This document shows, piece after piece, positions 63,255 through 64,000 of a DNA stretch of 64,000 bases. The stretch's first letter is position 1. Every line of letters starts with the position of its first letter. Origin of the DNA: the human T2T-CHM13v2.0 reference genome, Homo sapiens; assembly GCF_009914755.1 (NCBI RefSeq), contig NC_060935.1. One strand, written 5' to 3'. A program made the translations under genes and the position numbers. The notes below the pieces were generated by a model. It saw nothing but the letters and a program-made list of their open reading frames with translations. It did no database searches and had not been told where the DNA came from.

Positions 63255-63633
63255 TATATTAGTCTGTCCTCACACTGCTATAGAGATACTACCTGAGACT
63301 GGGTAATTTATGAAGGAAAGAGGTTTAATTGATTCACAACTCTGCATGGCTGGGGAGGCCTCAGGAAACTTACAATCATGGTGGAAGGTGGAAGGAGAAG
63401 AGGAAGCAAGGCTCATCTTACATGGCAGCAGGTGAGAAAGAAGAGCACAGGGGGAACTGCCAAACAATTTTTAAAACCATCAGTTTTTGTCAGAACGTCC
63501 TCACTATCACGAGAACAGCATGGAGGAAACCATGCCCGTGATCCAATCACCTCCCACCAGGTCCCTCTCTCAACACATGGGAATTACAATTGGAGATGAG
63601 ATTTGGGTGGGGACACAGAATCAAACCATATCA
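63255..63633 (-). mobile_element. THE1D/MSTA-like solo LTR
   Basis: TATTAGTCTG...CACACTGCTATA...GAGATTTGGGTGGGGACACAGA..CAAACCATATCA. Confidence 0.9.
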
Positions 63634-63689
63634 GGCATCTTTTCTCCTTTCTTAAGGAGAGTCTTTTCACTTTCACAACTCCCAGGAGG

Positions 63690-63845
63690 ACATGGGTTGA
63701 AAAGATACGTATTGGGTATTAAGCTCACTACCTGGGTGATGAGATCCATACCCTAAACCTCAGCATCACACAACATACCCATGTAACACAAACCTGGATA
63801 TGTACCCCCTGAGTGTCAAATAAAATTTGAAATTATTTTTTGAAA
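63690..63845 (+). mobile_element. L1 3' end fragment
   Basis: GGGTTGAAAA...CTACCTGGGTGATGAGATC...CATACCCATGTAACA...ATGTACCCCCTGA. Confidence 0.75.
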
Positions 63846-64000
63846 AAGACACTCCTTCAGAACAAAACAAATATACAAAAGAATGAAAAGGAATTCCCCA
63901 GAAAAATTTTAGAGAACCAACTTAAAATTAACTATGGATATTATGTATCTATTTATTCTTCTCTATGAACTAAAAGCCTAATATTATAGTGCAGGGCCCA

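Noticed and set aside
1-64000. Assigning a chromosomal locus or host gene
   Set aside because: No recognisable exon or unique marker. A BLAT search would be required.

Overview
Primate (human-like) non-genic DNA; I found no host protein-coding exon. The flanks (1-26.6 kb and 51.7-64 kb) are ordinary interspersed repeats: Alu, L1, L2, MIR, MaLR/MLT2 solo LTRs, MER20/MER5 and one full-length dead HSMAR2 mariner. The centre (about 26.62-51.74 kb) is a SATR1/SATR2-type satellite of roughly 72-76 bp monomers built from nested palindromes. It is not a head-to-tail array. It consists of three homologous macro-palindromes (forward arm, 350-400 bp AT-rich core, reverse arm) with a further ~1.4 kb higher-order repeat inside the forward arms. 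A deleted, two-LTR HERV-K provirus (most likely HML-7, HERVK11D/MER11D; minus strand, 40973-47861, TSD CCTGGC) sits within a few tens of bases of one inversion junction. The many 60-260 aa ORFs in the satellite are repeat artefacts. Family names come from my recall of consensus sequences and counts are by eye; no searches were run.
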